Origin: Candidatus Ozemobacteraceae bacterium
GTDB lineage: Bacteria; Muiribacteriota; Ozemobacteria; Ozemobacterales; Ozemobacteraceae
DNA length: 64,000 bases
Direction of reading: 5' to 3'
NCBI GenBank assembly: GCA_965140445.1
Contig: OZ223236.1
Coordinates: forward strand, 2,400,001-2,464,000
Part shown: in pieces, positions 1-9,450 of the stretch
Numbering within the stretch: the first letter of the stretch is position 1
Layout of the letters: each line of letters starts with the position of its first letter
Notes under the pieces: model-generated
What the model saw: the letters and a program-made list of their open reading frames with translations, nothing else
Databases searched by the model: none
Told to the model about the DNA's origin: nothing
Program-made: the position numbers and the translations under genes

Positions 1-2
1 GC

Positions 3-296
3 ATTTAGCTTAAAAGTTCCCCATTCTGCTTCTAGGCCATCTGCACACATTACTAATATAGATAGTTCAAAAATCAGAAAAAGAAAGTTGCTGCTTTGAG
101 GTATCAGCAAGAAGGTAAAAAGTCGCCAAATTTCGCCTTTCATAATCATTTCTGAGTCAAGAAGGAGCTTGTAATAGGGGAGCTTCCCGGATTGATTCAA
201 TATGTAAATGGTTAACATAAATAGCGAAACATATCTTATAAGGCCTTCTATGGCATAGTTGCCAAACCTTTTTTCAAGTTTGTCGAGAAAACTCAT
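3..296 (-). CDS. Conserved multi-pass membrane protein (rhomboid/Derlin-like fold suspected), 5' part; runs off the window edge
   Basis: Not in the ORF track. Manual translation from ATG at 296: MSFLDKLEKRFGNYAIEGLIRYVSLFML...GEIWRLFTFLLIP...LEAEWGTFKLN, open to the edge. GExWRLFT and LExxWG are typical of this family. Confidence 0.7.
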   Translation of the reverse strand, partial: MSFLDKLEKRFGNYAIEGLIRYVSLFMLTIYILNQSGKLPYYKLLLDSEMIMKGEIWRLFTFLLIPQSSNFLFLIFELSILVMCADGLEAEWGTFKLN

Positions 297-301
297 TGCT
301 G

Positions 302-2719
302 TTACTTCTCTCCTGGTTTGAGGATTTCTTCCCCTTGAGCCATCACAATGCCACTAGGCGTGACTCGGTAGGGAACTAGTTTTACTTTTACTGTTTCTCC
401 ACTTAATAAACTTTGAGGCAGATCATTTTCGAATTGTACCATAACTTTTCTGCCCTCAAAGCTTAACATTAGCTCTTTTGCATTTTTAATCTGAGAAACT
501 TTAGCTGAAACAATGCAAAGCTTATTCATTCTAAAGCTCTCAGGAATTTTGCTGCGACTAAAGCTTTTTCTTTCTCTTTCTCTATCTGTGGTGACGCGAT
601 TATTCTTTAATTTTGAATAATCAGTTCCCGGGTTAATCAGAAACATCACTGGAAGGGATGCTAAAACCACAATAGTTACTGCTCCCGAAATAATCATTGT
701 CCAGTTTCTTTCAGCTTTTTCCGGTTCTGCGGTTTTAACTTGATCAACTTTATAAGATGGCTTCCAATCTTTGCCCGTTTTGTTGGCAATTTTTCTTACA
801 TTGCTTACCGAGTAGGGCTTGGAGCTATCCTGTGTCTCTGCTGAATCTGTTGTTTCATCTTTCAGCCCAAGTTCTGATACAAGGTCAAACATTTCATTTC
901 TACCTTGCGAAATTACCATCGCAACCGCAGGATTAGAAGTTCTTGTTATATTGTCCAGGCCTCTTAAAACAGCTCTTGCTGGGTTGCAGATCAAAAGATT
1001 TACAATTTGCTTGGCAATAACCGGATGGTCTTCATTGTCCAGCTGATCCATTAAATTTTTCATTACCTTTTCAAAAGGACATAGACCCATACAGCTAACT
1101 GCAATTGATCTGGTAGAATGGTCGCTTGATTTAAGCATGTTGCTTAATTTTTCCAGAGCTTGTTTTTCATCATGTTTTAGCGCAAAGCGTATCACTCTAA
1201 CTCTAAGTTTGCTTTCGTCAACCATAAAAAGAGGCTCTATTTGTGTTTTAAGGTATATTGGATCAATGCGCTCAAGAATTTGAAAAGAAACAATTTTCAG
1301 CTTGAGGTTGTCCGAAGCAAGGTTAACTTTTGCCAGCTGTTTCAGGTTGTTGTCAGGATGCAGACGAGCTAGAGCCTGCAACGCTTCGGCTCTAATTAAA
1401 GGTTTATCTGAGTTCGTCTGTTCGATTATCCAGGCTTTATTGGTTTTAAAGGTTTCAATTTCTATTGATTTTAACTTTCCAATAATTTCTTTTTCGGAAA
1501 TTTGATTTTCCGTTTCTTGGGCGGAGGTTTGATTAACAGCTTTTTGACCGCTGGAAAGTATTTTTGGCTCTGCTTGAGTTTGGTAGAAGTTAAGCTCCGC
1601 TGCAATTGTTTCAAACTGAGGGTTATCAACTAGTTTTTTTACCAGCTGTTTAACTTTGGGGTGGGCTTTATTTTTTTCAAGCCAGCTGATTATAGATTTC
1701 TTCTTATCTTCAGAGACAAATGCTAACTGAATTTCTATGTCTTGTAAAAAACGGTCAAGTCGTTGATTTTTCCATACTTTAATTATTGCCTGTGGATCAG
1801 CTTCTTCTTCTGAGAGGAGTTTTGCTGTAGAAAGGGCCTTGCAAATGGTTTTATAAATTACTGAAAGCTTCTTTTTTTGCTCCGGACTCACCACCTCAAG
1901 ATTGTCAAGAATCTGAAGAGCTGTGTCTATTTCGGGGTTAGACGCAAGAATTGTCTGGCAAGCAACTAAGACTTCACGGTCATTTTCTTCAGGGAGCATC
2001 GCTAATATATATTCCCTTACCCTATTAAAAGGAAATTGAAATGCGATACTTATTCCTGCGAGCCTATCTTCGGGGTTTTTGGAAGCTAAAAAATCTGAAA
2101 AATGTCGCTCCGCCTCTTCAGGGTCTATTCGCCGTAATGCGTCAATTGCGCGGCTTCTAACTAGTGGCTGTTTGCTTGCAAGTATTTTTGGAAGACATCG
2201 TGCAAGGACTGCGGGAACTATTTTTTCTGCTGCGTTTATGAATGGCAGAATGAGCGAGGAGGATTCATTTAATAATTGATGTTCAATAAATTCAGAATCG
2301 CTTAAATCACCATTTTTTGTAAGAAATACTCCCACTGCTGGCAACATTTCGGAGGGTATTTCCGAATAATTTGATCTAACCCAATTTAAAAGTTCTTCTA
2401 TTTTTTCTTTTGGAGGATTTAAAAACGTTTTTCTGTCATAAACATTGTTTTGATCAGAGATTTCGTCTGTTTGTTTTTGTTTTTCTTCTTGCTGGATCTC
2501 TTCTGGAAGATTGCCAATTTTTTTGGAGATTCTTGCTATTGCCTGTGCAGAAAAAAAGGAAATTTCGCGATCATCTGAATTAACAAGTTTTTGAAGCGCC
2601 TTAATTGAGTCAACAGAGCATCCGGCGCGGGCTAGTTTAACAATTACCTGGATCCGGACACTTCTTTTTTCGGAGTTTAGCTGCTGAAGCAGTTCTTTTT
2701 CTTGTTGTAGTTTACTCAC
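302..2719 (-). CDS. Large HEAT/ARM-repeat membrane protein with one C-terminal TM helix and a small beta-rich (OB-fold-like) outer domain
   Basis: Repeated HEAT-like units (PLVRSRAIDAL, PLIRAEALQALARL, STRSIAVSCMG). TM segment WTMIISGAVTIVVLASLPVMFLI near the C-terminus. Confidence 0.7.
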   Translation of the reverse strand: MSKLQQEKELLQQLNSEKRSVRIQVIVKLARAGCSVDSIKALQKLVNSDDREISFFSAQAIARISKKIGNLPEEIQQEEKQKQTDEISDQNNVYDRKTFLNPPKEKIEELLNWVRSNYSEIPSEMLPAVGVFLTKNGDLSDSEFIEHQLLNESSSLILPFINAAEKIVPAVLARCLPKILASKQPLVRSRAIDALRRIDPEEAERHFSDFLASKNPEDRLAGISIAFQFPFNRVREYILAMLPEENDREVLVACQTILASNPEIDTALQILDNLEVVSPEQKKKLSVIYKTICKALSTAKLLSEEEADPQAIIKVWKNQRLDRFLQDIEIQLAFVSEDKKKSIISWLEKNKAHPKVKQLVKKLVDNPQFETIAAELNFYQTQAEPKILSSGQKAVNQTSAQETENQISEKEIIGKLKSIEIETFKTNKAWIIEQTNSDKPLIRAEALQALARLHPDNNLKQLAKVNLASDNLKLKIVSFQILERIDPIYLKTQIEPLFMVDESKLRVRVIRFALKHDEKQALEKLSNMLKSSDHSTRSIAVSCMGLCPFEKVMKNLMDQLDNEDHPVIAKQIVNLLICNPARAVLRGLDNITRTSNPAVAMVISQGRNEMFDLVSELGLKDETTDSAETQDSSKPYSVSNVRKIANKTGKDWKPSYKVDQVKTAEPEKAERNWTMIISGAVTIVVLASLPVMFLINPGTDYSKLKNNRVTTDRERERKSFSRSKIPESFRMNKLCIVSAKVSQIKNAKELMLSFEGRKVMVQFENDLPQSLLSGETVKVKLVPYRVTPSGIVMAQGEEILKPGEK

Positions 2720-2852
2720 TGTAGCCTGTATTTCTTTCTTGGATCATTTTAACTTTCAAGTCAGGCTGCTGCAAGAAGTTTGATTAATGAAGGCGATTAT
2801 TATTTCGAATAGCCAGATCAGGGAAAATTGCTGACTTGCCTGGGCGCTTTAA

Positions 2853-4838
2853 TTATGGTTGAAGCGTAAGCCTTGGCTGGACATATTCCCCGGCCTGATT
2901 AACTTCTCTTGATACGTTGGCTTCTCGGCGAACAATGTGCGGGGTTATGAAAATAATTAACTCGGTGCGCACTTCTCTAGCTGTTTTCTTCTGAAAGAGT
3001 TTCCCAATTCCTGGAAGATTGCCAAAAAACGGAACTTTACTAATTGATTCACTTTTATCGGTTTTTATCATACCACCAATAACGATTGTGTGATTGTTTT
3101 TGCAGATAACCTGTGTTTGAGCTGTTCTGTTACTGAGGTTTGGAGTAGAGTTTCCACCAAGTTCTGTGAAACCCAATACTGAACTGATTGTTGGGTTTAT
3201 ATCAAGAAAAACTTCGTCATTTCCTGTCACAGAAGGCGTAACCACAAGAGAAATGTCTGCATTTACCTGGGCAATAGTGTTTGAAACCTGTCCAGTTTGT
3301 GCGTTTACCTGTGAGGCTGAAACATATGGAATGGCCTGACCAACGGTAATGTTAGCCTGTCTATTGTTTAGTGTTGTAATAACTGGATTACTTAACACTT
3401 TGGCAAAGCTGTGGGTTTTAAGCATAGCAAGAAGTGCCTGAAATTGGTTTATATCAAGGCTGCCAAAGCGGAAAACACCTGTTCCCCCCGCTGAAGCGTC
3501 TTCAGGGGCTACGGTCATCTGAAAGAGGTTGTCGGTTGTTCCAGGTATTGGAATTTGCTTTTGCCAGTTAACTCCCATTCTTTCTTCTTCGTTTAAATCA
3601 ATTTCATAAATATGGGCATCAATAGTTACCTGAACTGGAGGCACGTCAAGTTTTGAAACAAGCTCTCTAATTCTGGAAATGTTATTCTGGGTATCAGTAA
3701 TAATCATCATATCCATGCGGCTGGTTCCTGCGGTTCCGCCAGCTGCACCAGCTTGTGATGCCTGACTTGATGAAAACTCCTGAATCTGAACCCCAGGAGA
3801 AAGCATTTGAATTGGAGCAGTTAGGTTTCCAGCATCCGCATAGTCCAGATAAAAAACTTCAGTCAGAGGTCTGGAGCTAATATCTACAGTTGTCTGTTCA
3901 ACATCAATCTGAGGCAGAAGGGTTTTTACTTCTGCTAGTTTTGCAGCTGTATCGGTAACCATAAGTGAATTTGATCTGGCATCAACTTCGCAACTCCCTC
4001 TTTGAGGAGTAAGGATTCGATCTACCATTGGTTTTATTGTAGTGGCATTAGTATGTCTTACTTGAAACACTTGATTGTCAAGCGGGGCATTGCTGGCTGG
4101 GAATATTCGTAAAATACTTCCTTCCCAGGAAAATGTCAGGTCATAACTAACCAATAGTGTGTTAAAAGCTTCTTCCATTGTAACATCGCTGAAAAGAATG
4201 GAAACATTTCCTGTTATTCCAGGAGCAAGCATAAGATTAATTCTCATTACTTTTGCTAATGAAGATAAAGCGTCTGAGATAGGGGTGTTTCTAAACTCAA
4301 GGTTTCTAATTTTTGGGTTCTGTTCTGGACTGAGCTTAAGTTTATTTCGATAGGGACCTTTTTGTTCTTCTTCAGCTTGGGGCCTTTCAGGATTACTTGG
4401 AACGGGTGGCTGAAGCCCTTGTGAAGTTGCGCCGGTTATTGGTGCTTTTAACTGATATAATGGCTGCTGTACTGGAGGCAGGGTTGCCTTTAGCTCTTGA
4501 AGTGTTTCAAGAACATCTGGAGATAGCTGATTCTTTGGTGTGTCTGCCTTCCCTCCAACTTTCATTCTGGCACCATTGCCAAGATTCACCCAGTCAGATT
4601 TTGGGCTTTGGTTGCTGACCGGGGCAGAAGGTTTTCTGATGGTTGGATAAAAAGAATTCGCAGGTTCTGGTGATTGAGGAAAATTTATTGAACTTCGAAC
4701 TGAAGCCGGAGTAATTCTTTGCCATTCAGAGTTTGGCATTTGACTAAAGGCAGAAGAGCTAAAGGCAAAAATACTTGCAGCAGTAATTGTTGCAGCAAGT
4801 TTTCTTTTTAAATTCAGTTGCCTCTTTGGATAGTTCAA
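2853..4838 (-). CDS. pilQ: Secretin (PilQ/GspD family) with a Pro-rich N-terminal linker, STN and Secretin_N domains
   Basis: Signal peptide; STN-like LEFRNTPISDALSSLA; VDARSNSLMVTD; LDVPPVQVTIDAHIYE; KVLSNPVITTLNNRQANITVGQ; KVPFFGNLPGIGKLF; TELIIFITPHIV. Confidence 0.93.
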   Translation of the reverse strand: MNYPKRQLNLKRKLAATITAASIFAFSSSAFSQMPNSEWQRITPASVRSSINFPQSPEPANSFYPTIRKPSAPVSNQSPKSDWVNLGNGARMKVGGKADTPKNQLSPDVLETLQELKATLPPVQQPLYQLKAPITGATSQGLQPPVPSNPERPQAEEEQKGPYRNKLKLSPEQNPKIRNLEFRNTPISDALSSLAKVMRINLMLAPGITGNVSILFSDVTMEEAFNTLLVSYDLTFSWEGSILRIFPASNAPLDNQVFQVRHTNATTIKPMVDRILTPQRGSCEVDARSNSLMVTDTAAKLAEVKTLLPQIDVEQTTVDISSRPLTEVFYLDYADAGNLTAPIQMLSPGVQIQEFSSSQASQAGAAGGTAGTSRMDMMIITDTQNNISRIRELVSKLDVPPVQVTIDAHIYEIDLNEEERMGVNWQKQIPIPGTTDNLFQMTVAPEDASAGGTGVFRFGSLDINQFQALLAMLKTHSFAKVLSNPVITTLNNRQANITVGQAIPYVSASQVNAQTGQVSNTIAQVNADISLVVTPSVTGNDEVFLDINPTISSVLGFTELGGNSTPNLSNRTAQTQVICKNNHTIVIGGMIKTDKSESISKVPFFGNLPGIGKLFQKKTAREVRTELIIFITPHIVRREANVSREVNQAGEYVQPRLTLQP

Positions 4839-4861
4839 TTTTTCTCCTGATTTTTCTTTTA

Positions 4862-4889
4862 CTATCGGCTTAATTAGAGAATTAAGTTA
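4862..4889 (-). promoter_or_regulatory. Putative sigma28 (FliA/SigD-type) promoter for the secretin gene
   Basis: Minus strand TAAC-N16-GCCGATAG in the intergenic gap upstream of the secretin RBS (AGGAG). Confidence 0.6.
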
Positions 4890-4892
4890 ATT

Positions 4893-5369
4893 TTATGGTG
4901 CATAAAGTAGGCAATGGGCTTCACGACTGATCCAGTTCCCGTTGTAGTCTTCAACCGAGATAGTTATTTTAGCAGTGATAGGCGAAATGTCGGAGCTGGA
5001 AAGCTCGTATAGGTTGACAACTCTTGATGTATAGGGTTTTACGGCTACATCTAAAGAACCTTCTGCATCAATTTTTCCTTCTACTGGAATTGGAGAAACT
5101 TCAAGCTGTGGAATTGCCTCACCGTAGGGGGTTAGGTAAGTAACTGATATGGTTCTAAGATTGCAAGGAACTTTGCTTAAGGAGGTTATGCTTACCGTAA
5201 CTTCAGGTAAGCTTGCTGTGTCTGTAGCGGTTGGTTGAACAGAATAGGGCGCAACGCCTGTCACTTCAAGAACAACGGCAGGCTTTACTGTTTTATCAAT
5301 GCAACCAGTGGTTAGGAAGACTGCAATTATAAAATATGCAAACAAGAAAACTTTTACTTTTTTTCCCAT
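4893..5369 (-). CDS. Lipoprotein in the pilus operon (pilotin/PilP-like position)
   Basis: Lipobox-like LTTGC after a hydrophobic stretch; immediately upstream of the secretin gene. Confidence 0.7.
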   Translation of the reverse strand: MGKKVKVFLFAYFIIAVFLTTGCIDKTVKPAVVLEVTGVAPYSVQPTATDTASLPEVTVSITSLSKVPCNLRTISVTYLTPYGEAIPQLEVSPIPVEGKIDAEGSLDVAVKPYTSRVVNLYELSSSDISPITAKITISVEDYNGNWISREAHCLLYAP

Positions 5370-5405
5370 ATAAAATGTATCGGGAGATTCAAGAGGAAAC
5401 TGAAG

Positions 5406-6110
5406 CTAGTTTTTTACTGTATCTTCATAGGTATATGAGCCATCGGATGCAACTCTTACATCCACTCCAACCTTTGGAATTAAAAATAGGGCGGAAGGAG
5501 TTTCTATAAAAATCATTTTATCATTCAGGTCAGTTATTTTTTTGTCTTCGTAATCGTCGCCTTTTTTGTAAATATTGGCATCTATAACGGCATATAGTTC
5601 TGTGTCTGTTTTTATTATGGAGTTAAAGTTGGCTCTTAAGACCCTGGTTTCTTTTACAACATCTTCTTCTTCCGGAACTTCAGCTTGAGCTCTCAATTCT
5701 TCTATTAATTTAGCGTATGGAGACTCTTCGAATGGGTTTCGCTCCAGCTTTCTGAAGGCTATTATAATGGGGTCATTTAATTCTGGAGCCAATTCCTCGG
5801 AGCCAGAAGCGTTTGCTGTTCCTGAGGCTATTTCAGTTGTTTCAGTTGCGATTTCATTTTCACCAGAGGCTATTTGATCTTCGGGTTGATCTGTCTCTAG
5901 TTCGTCATCATTGTTTGTGTTTTCTTCTGAGTCGTTATTTTGCCCTGTTTCATCTGAGGAATCGTTAATCTGCATATCCTTATAGTTTAATGCTTCCATG
6001 GGTCTGGTTTTTTTCTTTATTTTTACTTTAGGTTTATTTTTGAACCAGTTAACTCCCATCGAGACAGATAGGATAATTAGACTTAAGCAGAAGATCTGTT
6101 TGCCGTTCAT
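5406..6110 (-). CDS. PilP/GspC-like single-TM assembly protein with an acidic linker
   Basis: N-terminal TM, RNPF motif typical of PilP, C-terminal beta domain (AVIDANIYKKGD); 4-bp overlap with pilO. Confidence 0.6.
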   Translation of the reverse strand: MNGKQIFCLSLIILSVSMGVNWFKNKPKVKIKKKTRPMEALNYKDMQINDSSDETGQNNDSEENTNNDDELETDQPEDQIASGENEIATETTEIASGTANASGSEELAPELNDPIIIAFRKLERNPFEESPYAKLIEELRAQAEVPEEEDVVKETRVLRANFNSIIKTDTELYAVIDANIYKKGDDYEDKKITDLNDKMIFIETPSALFLIPKVGVDVRVASDGSYTYEDTVKN

Positions 6111-6724
6111 TCATCTTCCTCGTCATTTTCCTCGGGAGTTGCTTGCTGGGGATCAACAACCACAGCTGTTGGCTGTAGTTCAATTTCAAACAATCCACTG
6201 GCATTAGGGGTTAATGGCGGCAAGGTTAAGAAAGTTAGTTTTTCCTCTTTTTCTACTAACCTCAAGAATGACCCTAAGGTTACTAAATCTCCAGAAAAGG
6301 AAAAAGCGACAGGTAATTTCTCTGCGGAAAATTCTCCTATTTTTAGAGGTTCAGCAGGTTGCGGGTTTACTGAGCGAATTTTCAAGCCGATTTTATTTCC
6401 AAGTTCTTTTACTCGGCGTAAAAACTTGGTAATTTCTATTTTGTTATAGAACAGTTTTTGAGTTTTCTCCCACTTTGCCCTTTGTTCCTCAATTTCAAGC
6501 TTAATATCTTCAATGTTTTTGACAGCAGATTCTACTTTATTTATATCTTTTTCAATTCTGGCATTCTTTTTTAACTGTTTATCCAGAAGCACTTTTTGAG
6601 GAGAGTAAAAACCTTTAAAGGCAGCAAAAAATATGGCCAAAGCTATTACTACTGGTTGCCCAAATAGCTTTGGATCTTCTTTTGCTTTTGCAAGCCATTC
6701 AGTTATATTTATTTCTTGTGCCAT
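6107..6724 (-). CDS. pilO: Type IV pilus assembly protein PilO
   Basis: TM, coiled coil, then ferredoxin-like domain (KLPVAFSFSGDLVTLGSFLRLVE); lies after pilMN. Confidence 0.85.
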   Translation of the reverse strand: MAQEINITEWLAKAKEDPKLFGQPVVIALAIFFAAFKGFYSPQKVLLDKQLKKNARIEKDINKVESAVKNIEDIKLEIEEQRAKWEKTQKLFYNKIEITKFLRRVKELGNKIGLKIRSVNPQPAEPLKIGEFSAEKLPVAFSFSGDLVTLGSFLRLVEKEEKLTFLTLPPLTPNASGLFEIELQPTAVVVDPQQATPEENDEEDE

Positions 6725-6745
6725 ATGTTTTTCCAGAAGAAAAAA

Positions 6746-8605
6746 TTATTCTTCCTCTACAAAATCTTCCTCATTAGCAGAAACGTCTTTTCCTTCGTCT
6801 GGATTCAATTTTTCCAGATCTATTTTGCTGTTTAAAACAAATCGAATAAAGTATCTGGTATCGTCAATCGGGATTTCTTGCGTGTTTTCTAATGCAGGAT
6901 TTTTAAATACTTTTGATGCGCCAAGTTTATTTAAATACTCAAAAACGCTATCAGAATTGTCTGCATGCCCAAGAATTTTTATTTTAGGAGGGTCTTCCTT
7001 ATAAAGAATCTCAGTGCTGGTTAGAAAAATTTGATGGGGAGTGATGCTTGCTATTTCAAGAAGGAGCGCTGAATTATAGATTTGAAGCTTTTTTAATTCA
7101 GAATCAACATCGTTAAATTTGTTTAACTTTTCTTGTTCAGCAAGTAATTTGGTAACTTCTCCCTGAGAACTTTTAAGCTTTCCAAGCTTCTTTCCTAGTG
7201 TTTTATAATCAATTTTTGCCTGGCTAACCTTTTGTCGTATTAATACTACTGGAATTGCTGCAATTAAAAGGACAAGTAATCCAATTAGTCCTGCAATAAT
7301 TTTTAATTTTTGTTCATCAAGCTGGAAGAAATTAGAGGAAAAATTCCCTCCAAATTTTGAACTAACCCCTGAAAGGTTCATTGTCTGCTGTTTTCTGTTG
7401 GGGAAAAGGATGTCTATGAAGTTTACAATCTCTGGTTCTCCCTGGTATAGCGAAACACCAAGACAAGGGCTCAGCGCAGGCGCATCAACAGATAATTGTT
7501 CTTGCTCATATTTGATTTCGCCTAGCGGAAGATTTTTAAATGGATCTCCGATTTCAGTCGGAACTTCAAGGCTTTCTTCGATGAATTCCTTAAAATTTTT
7601 CATTCCAGCTGATCCGCCGGTAAGTAGTATTTTATTTAATCCACTTTCACCAGATTGGGAAATATAAAAACTAATTGATAATTGTATATGTTGAAAAACT
7701 TTTTCAACTGATTCAAAAATCTTTGTTGCTGCGAATTTTTCAACGCCTTTGAGTTCTTGAATCTCGTCTGGTGGCATAACACCCAGTTTGTGTTTAAGCT
7801 CTATGGCTTCATTTATATTATTAAACTTTATTTCTTTTCCCTCAAATTCACCACCTGCATAAATGGCATCGGTGATTGTTTGTCCCGCCATGTTTATATC
7901 TCGGAAAAATTGAATTTTTCCGTTTTTATAAATCATGATAGAGGTGGTAGAATTTCCCGAGTGTATTAAAGCAACTTTTTTATCGTCTGTTGAATATGGC
8001 TCCATTTGAGCCTTTAGGGACATTTCAAGAGCTTGGGGCAGGGTAATAATTCCCTCATCTGTTAACCCGCCACCCTTAAAATTCAGATTGAAATATTCAA
8101 TAATATCCTTCTGAAGAGCGGCCACCATTATTTGCGTTAATGCTTTTTCTTCTACAACGACATCGCCAAGCACGTGATAGCCCAAAACAGCATTACCCAT
8201 TGAAAAGGGCATCTGCTTGTTAGCCTCAGCTGTTACGGCTTCTGTAAGCTTGTCTTTTTCGACAACGGGAGGGATCTCTATACATCTGATTGTAACCTCT
8301 CGATTTGATGCAAATGAGATAGCTCTTTTGGTCTGAATTTCATTGTCGTAAAGAAGTTCTGTTAAATGAGTGGTTAAAAATTGTCTAAGCTCTTTGAGAC
8401 AATGTTGAGTAACATCGTCTTTTGCCATTGTTTCGAGTTGCTCTTCAGTTAGTTCGTCCTTGTAATCGGGAATCCTCATTTGGGAGAGGGTTGCCAAGGT
8501 TGGGTTTCCCTCTTCATCTCTTTTTATAAAGGCAAACTTAAGAGAGAAGGAACCTACATCGATAGAAACGAATGGTTGAAAGGCGTCTTTTGCAGTTTCA
8601 CTCAT
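6746..8605 (-). CDS. pilM: PilM-PilN fusion (actin-like PilM domain + TM + PilN domain; GspL-like architecture)
   Basis: SIDVGSFSLK, AEANKQMPF, FFRDINMAG, ILLTGGSAG, then TM, coiled coil and PilN-like LLEIASITPHQIFLT...LGASKVFKNP. Confidence 0.88.
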   Translation of the reverse strand: MSETAKDAFQPFVSIDVGSFSLKFAFIKRDEEGNPTLATLSQMRIPDYKDELTEEQLETMAKDDVTQHCLKELRQFLTTHLTELLYDNEIQTKRAISFASNREVTIRCIEIPPVVEKDKLTEAVTAEANKQMPFSMGNAVLGYHVLGDVVVEEKALTQIMVAALQKDIIEYFNLNFKGGGLTDEGIITLPQALEMSLKAQMEPYSTDDKKVALIHSGNSTTSIMIYKNGKIQFFRDINMAGQTITDAIYAGGEFEGKEIKFNNINEAIELKHKLGVMPPDEIQELKGVEKFAATKIFESVEKVFQHIQLSISFYISQSGESGLNKILLTGGSAGMKNFKEFIEESLEVPTEIGDPFKNLPLGEIKYEQEQLSVDAPALSPCLGVSLYQGEPEIVNFIDILFPNRKQQTMNLSGVSSKFGGNFSSNFFQLDEQKLKIIAGLIGLLVLLIAAIPVVLIRQKVSQAKIDYKTLGKKLGKLKSSQGEVTKLLAEQEKLNKFNDVDSELKKLQIYNSALLLEIASITPHQIFLTSTEILYKEDPPKIKILGHADNSDSVFEYLNKLGASKVFKNPALENTQEIPIDDTRYFIRFVLNSKIDLEKLNPDEGKDVSANEEDFVEEE

Positions 8606-8619
8606 ATGCTAAATAGTAA

Positions 8620-8654
8620 AAAAACATGTTAGACATGAAGTCTAACATGTTTTT
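8620..8654 (-). terminator. Intrinsic terminator/attenuator between the major pilin and pilMN
   Basis: Perfect inverted repeat aaaaacatgttagac-N5-gtctaacatgttttt, followed by a T-run on the minus strand. Confidence 0.75.
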
Positions 8655-8671
8655 CTTTAAAAAATAAAAAT

Positions 8672-9319
8672 TTACCAGGTTTTTTGTGTTTCGCCATCGG
8701 CAGAAGACGATTTGCTAGCAGAAAAAGCTCTTCTAACTCTTGCTACAGAAACAACGATATCATCTCCGCCGTCATCTCCGCCGTAATCAGAGTTGTCGAA
8801 AATTGTGTTTGGATCGTCATAAGAACCATCAGGCCCTGCAGAGTGTAGATAAATATTTTTTTCATGAACGCCATAAAGGAGAGGGTTGCCCCATGCATCC
8901 AACATAAAATCTGCAGGATCTCCGTCCATGTAAGGGCCTTTCCAACGTCTATTCCATGTTTTTGCAGCGATTCCAAGGTTTTTCCAGGCAGCTGGTGCCC
9001 CTGCAAGTGGTGTGACTTTATCTGTTACAAGACAGTTTGACTCGGTGGTGGGCCCTAAACCATTTCCGCCGTTAAAAGCTACAAAGTTATCCGTTGCAGT
9101 ACTTTTCATGCTTGCGCCAGCGTGTGGATAATGACCCAAATCGGCGTTAAAGTTAACCATTGCAGTTTTTAAGTTGCCCATGGCACTCTTGGTTGCTGAA
9201 ATTTTACCCTGGTCCGTAATACTTGTAATCATAGGTCCTGCAACAGATGCAAGAACGGCGATTACGATGATAACTACCATGATCTCCATCAATGTAAAAC
9301 CTGATCTTGTGTTGTACAT
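8672..9319 (-). CDS. Major (pseudo)pilin with class III signal peptide and GspG-type C-terminal motifs
   Basis: Start moved to ATG 9319 (GGAG RBS upstream). RSG|FTLMEIMVV N-methylation site; WKGPY, DAWGNP and SAGPDG...GGDDI motifs of T2SS-G. Confidence 0.88.
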   Translation of the reverse strand: MYNTRSGFTLMEIMVVIIVIAVLASVAGPMITSITDQGKISATKSAMGNLKTAMVNFNADLGHYPHAGASMKSTATDNFVAFNGGNGLGPTTESNCLVTDKVTPLAGAPAAWKNLGIAAKTWNRRWKGPYMDGDPADFMLDAWGNPLLYGVHEKNIYLHSAGPDGSYDDPNTIFDNSDYGGDDGGDDIVVSVARVRRAFSASKSSSADGETQKTW

Positions 9320-9350
9320 GGCTTTTACTCCCTTTTTTATCTCAAATGGC

Positions 9351-9391
9351 AATATAGGTACATATATCGGCAGTGTCAAGACTTGAGTTTA
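9351..9391 (-). promoter_or_regulatory. Overlapping sigma70-like and sigma28-like promoters of the major pilin
   Basis: TTGACA(9379-9374)-N17-TATATT(9356-9351) and TAAA(9391-9388)-N16-GCCGATAT(9371-9364). Confidence 0.7.
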
Positions 9392-9450
9392 AAATTATTT
9401 TTCAACAATTTTTCGTTGCTTTAGTTTTTATCCTAAGGGATACTTCTTCT

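Noticed and set aside
2720..2852. Possible structured RNA between the secretin and the HEAT gene
   Set aside because: No convincing stem or known riboswitch/ncRNA signature by eye; an Rfam search would settle it.
8761..8784. 12-bp tandem duplication in the pilin gene as a phase-variation tract
   Set aside because: Only two in-frame copies, encoding the GGDD-GGDD acidic loop.
8672..9319. Major pilin as a canonical N-glycosylation substrate of the adjacent STT3
   Set aside because: No N-X-S/T sequon in the mature sequence.
9320..9450. ORF-track N-terminal extensions of the pilin (to 9379) and STT3 (from 9373)
   Set aside because: They overlap each other and the promoter motifs; downstream ATGs have RBSs and give proper N-termini.
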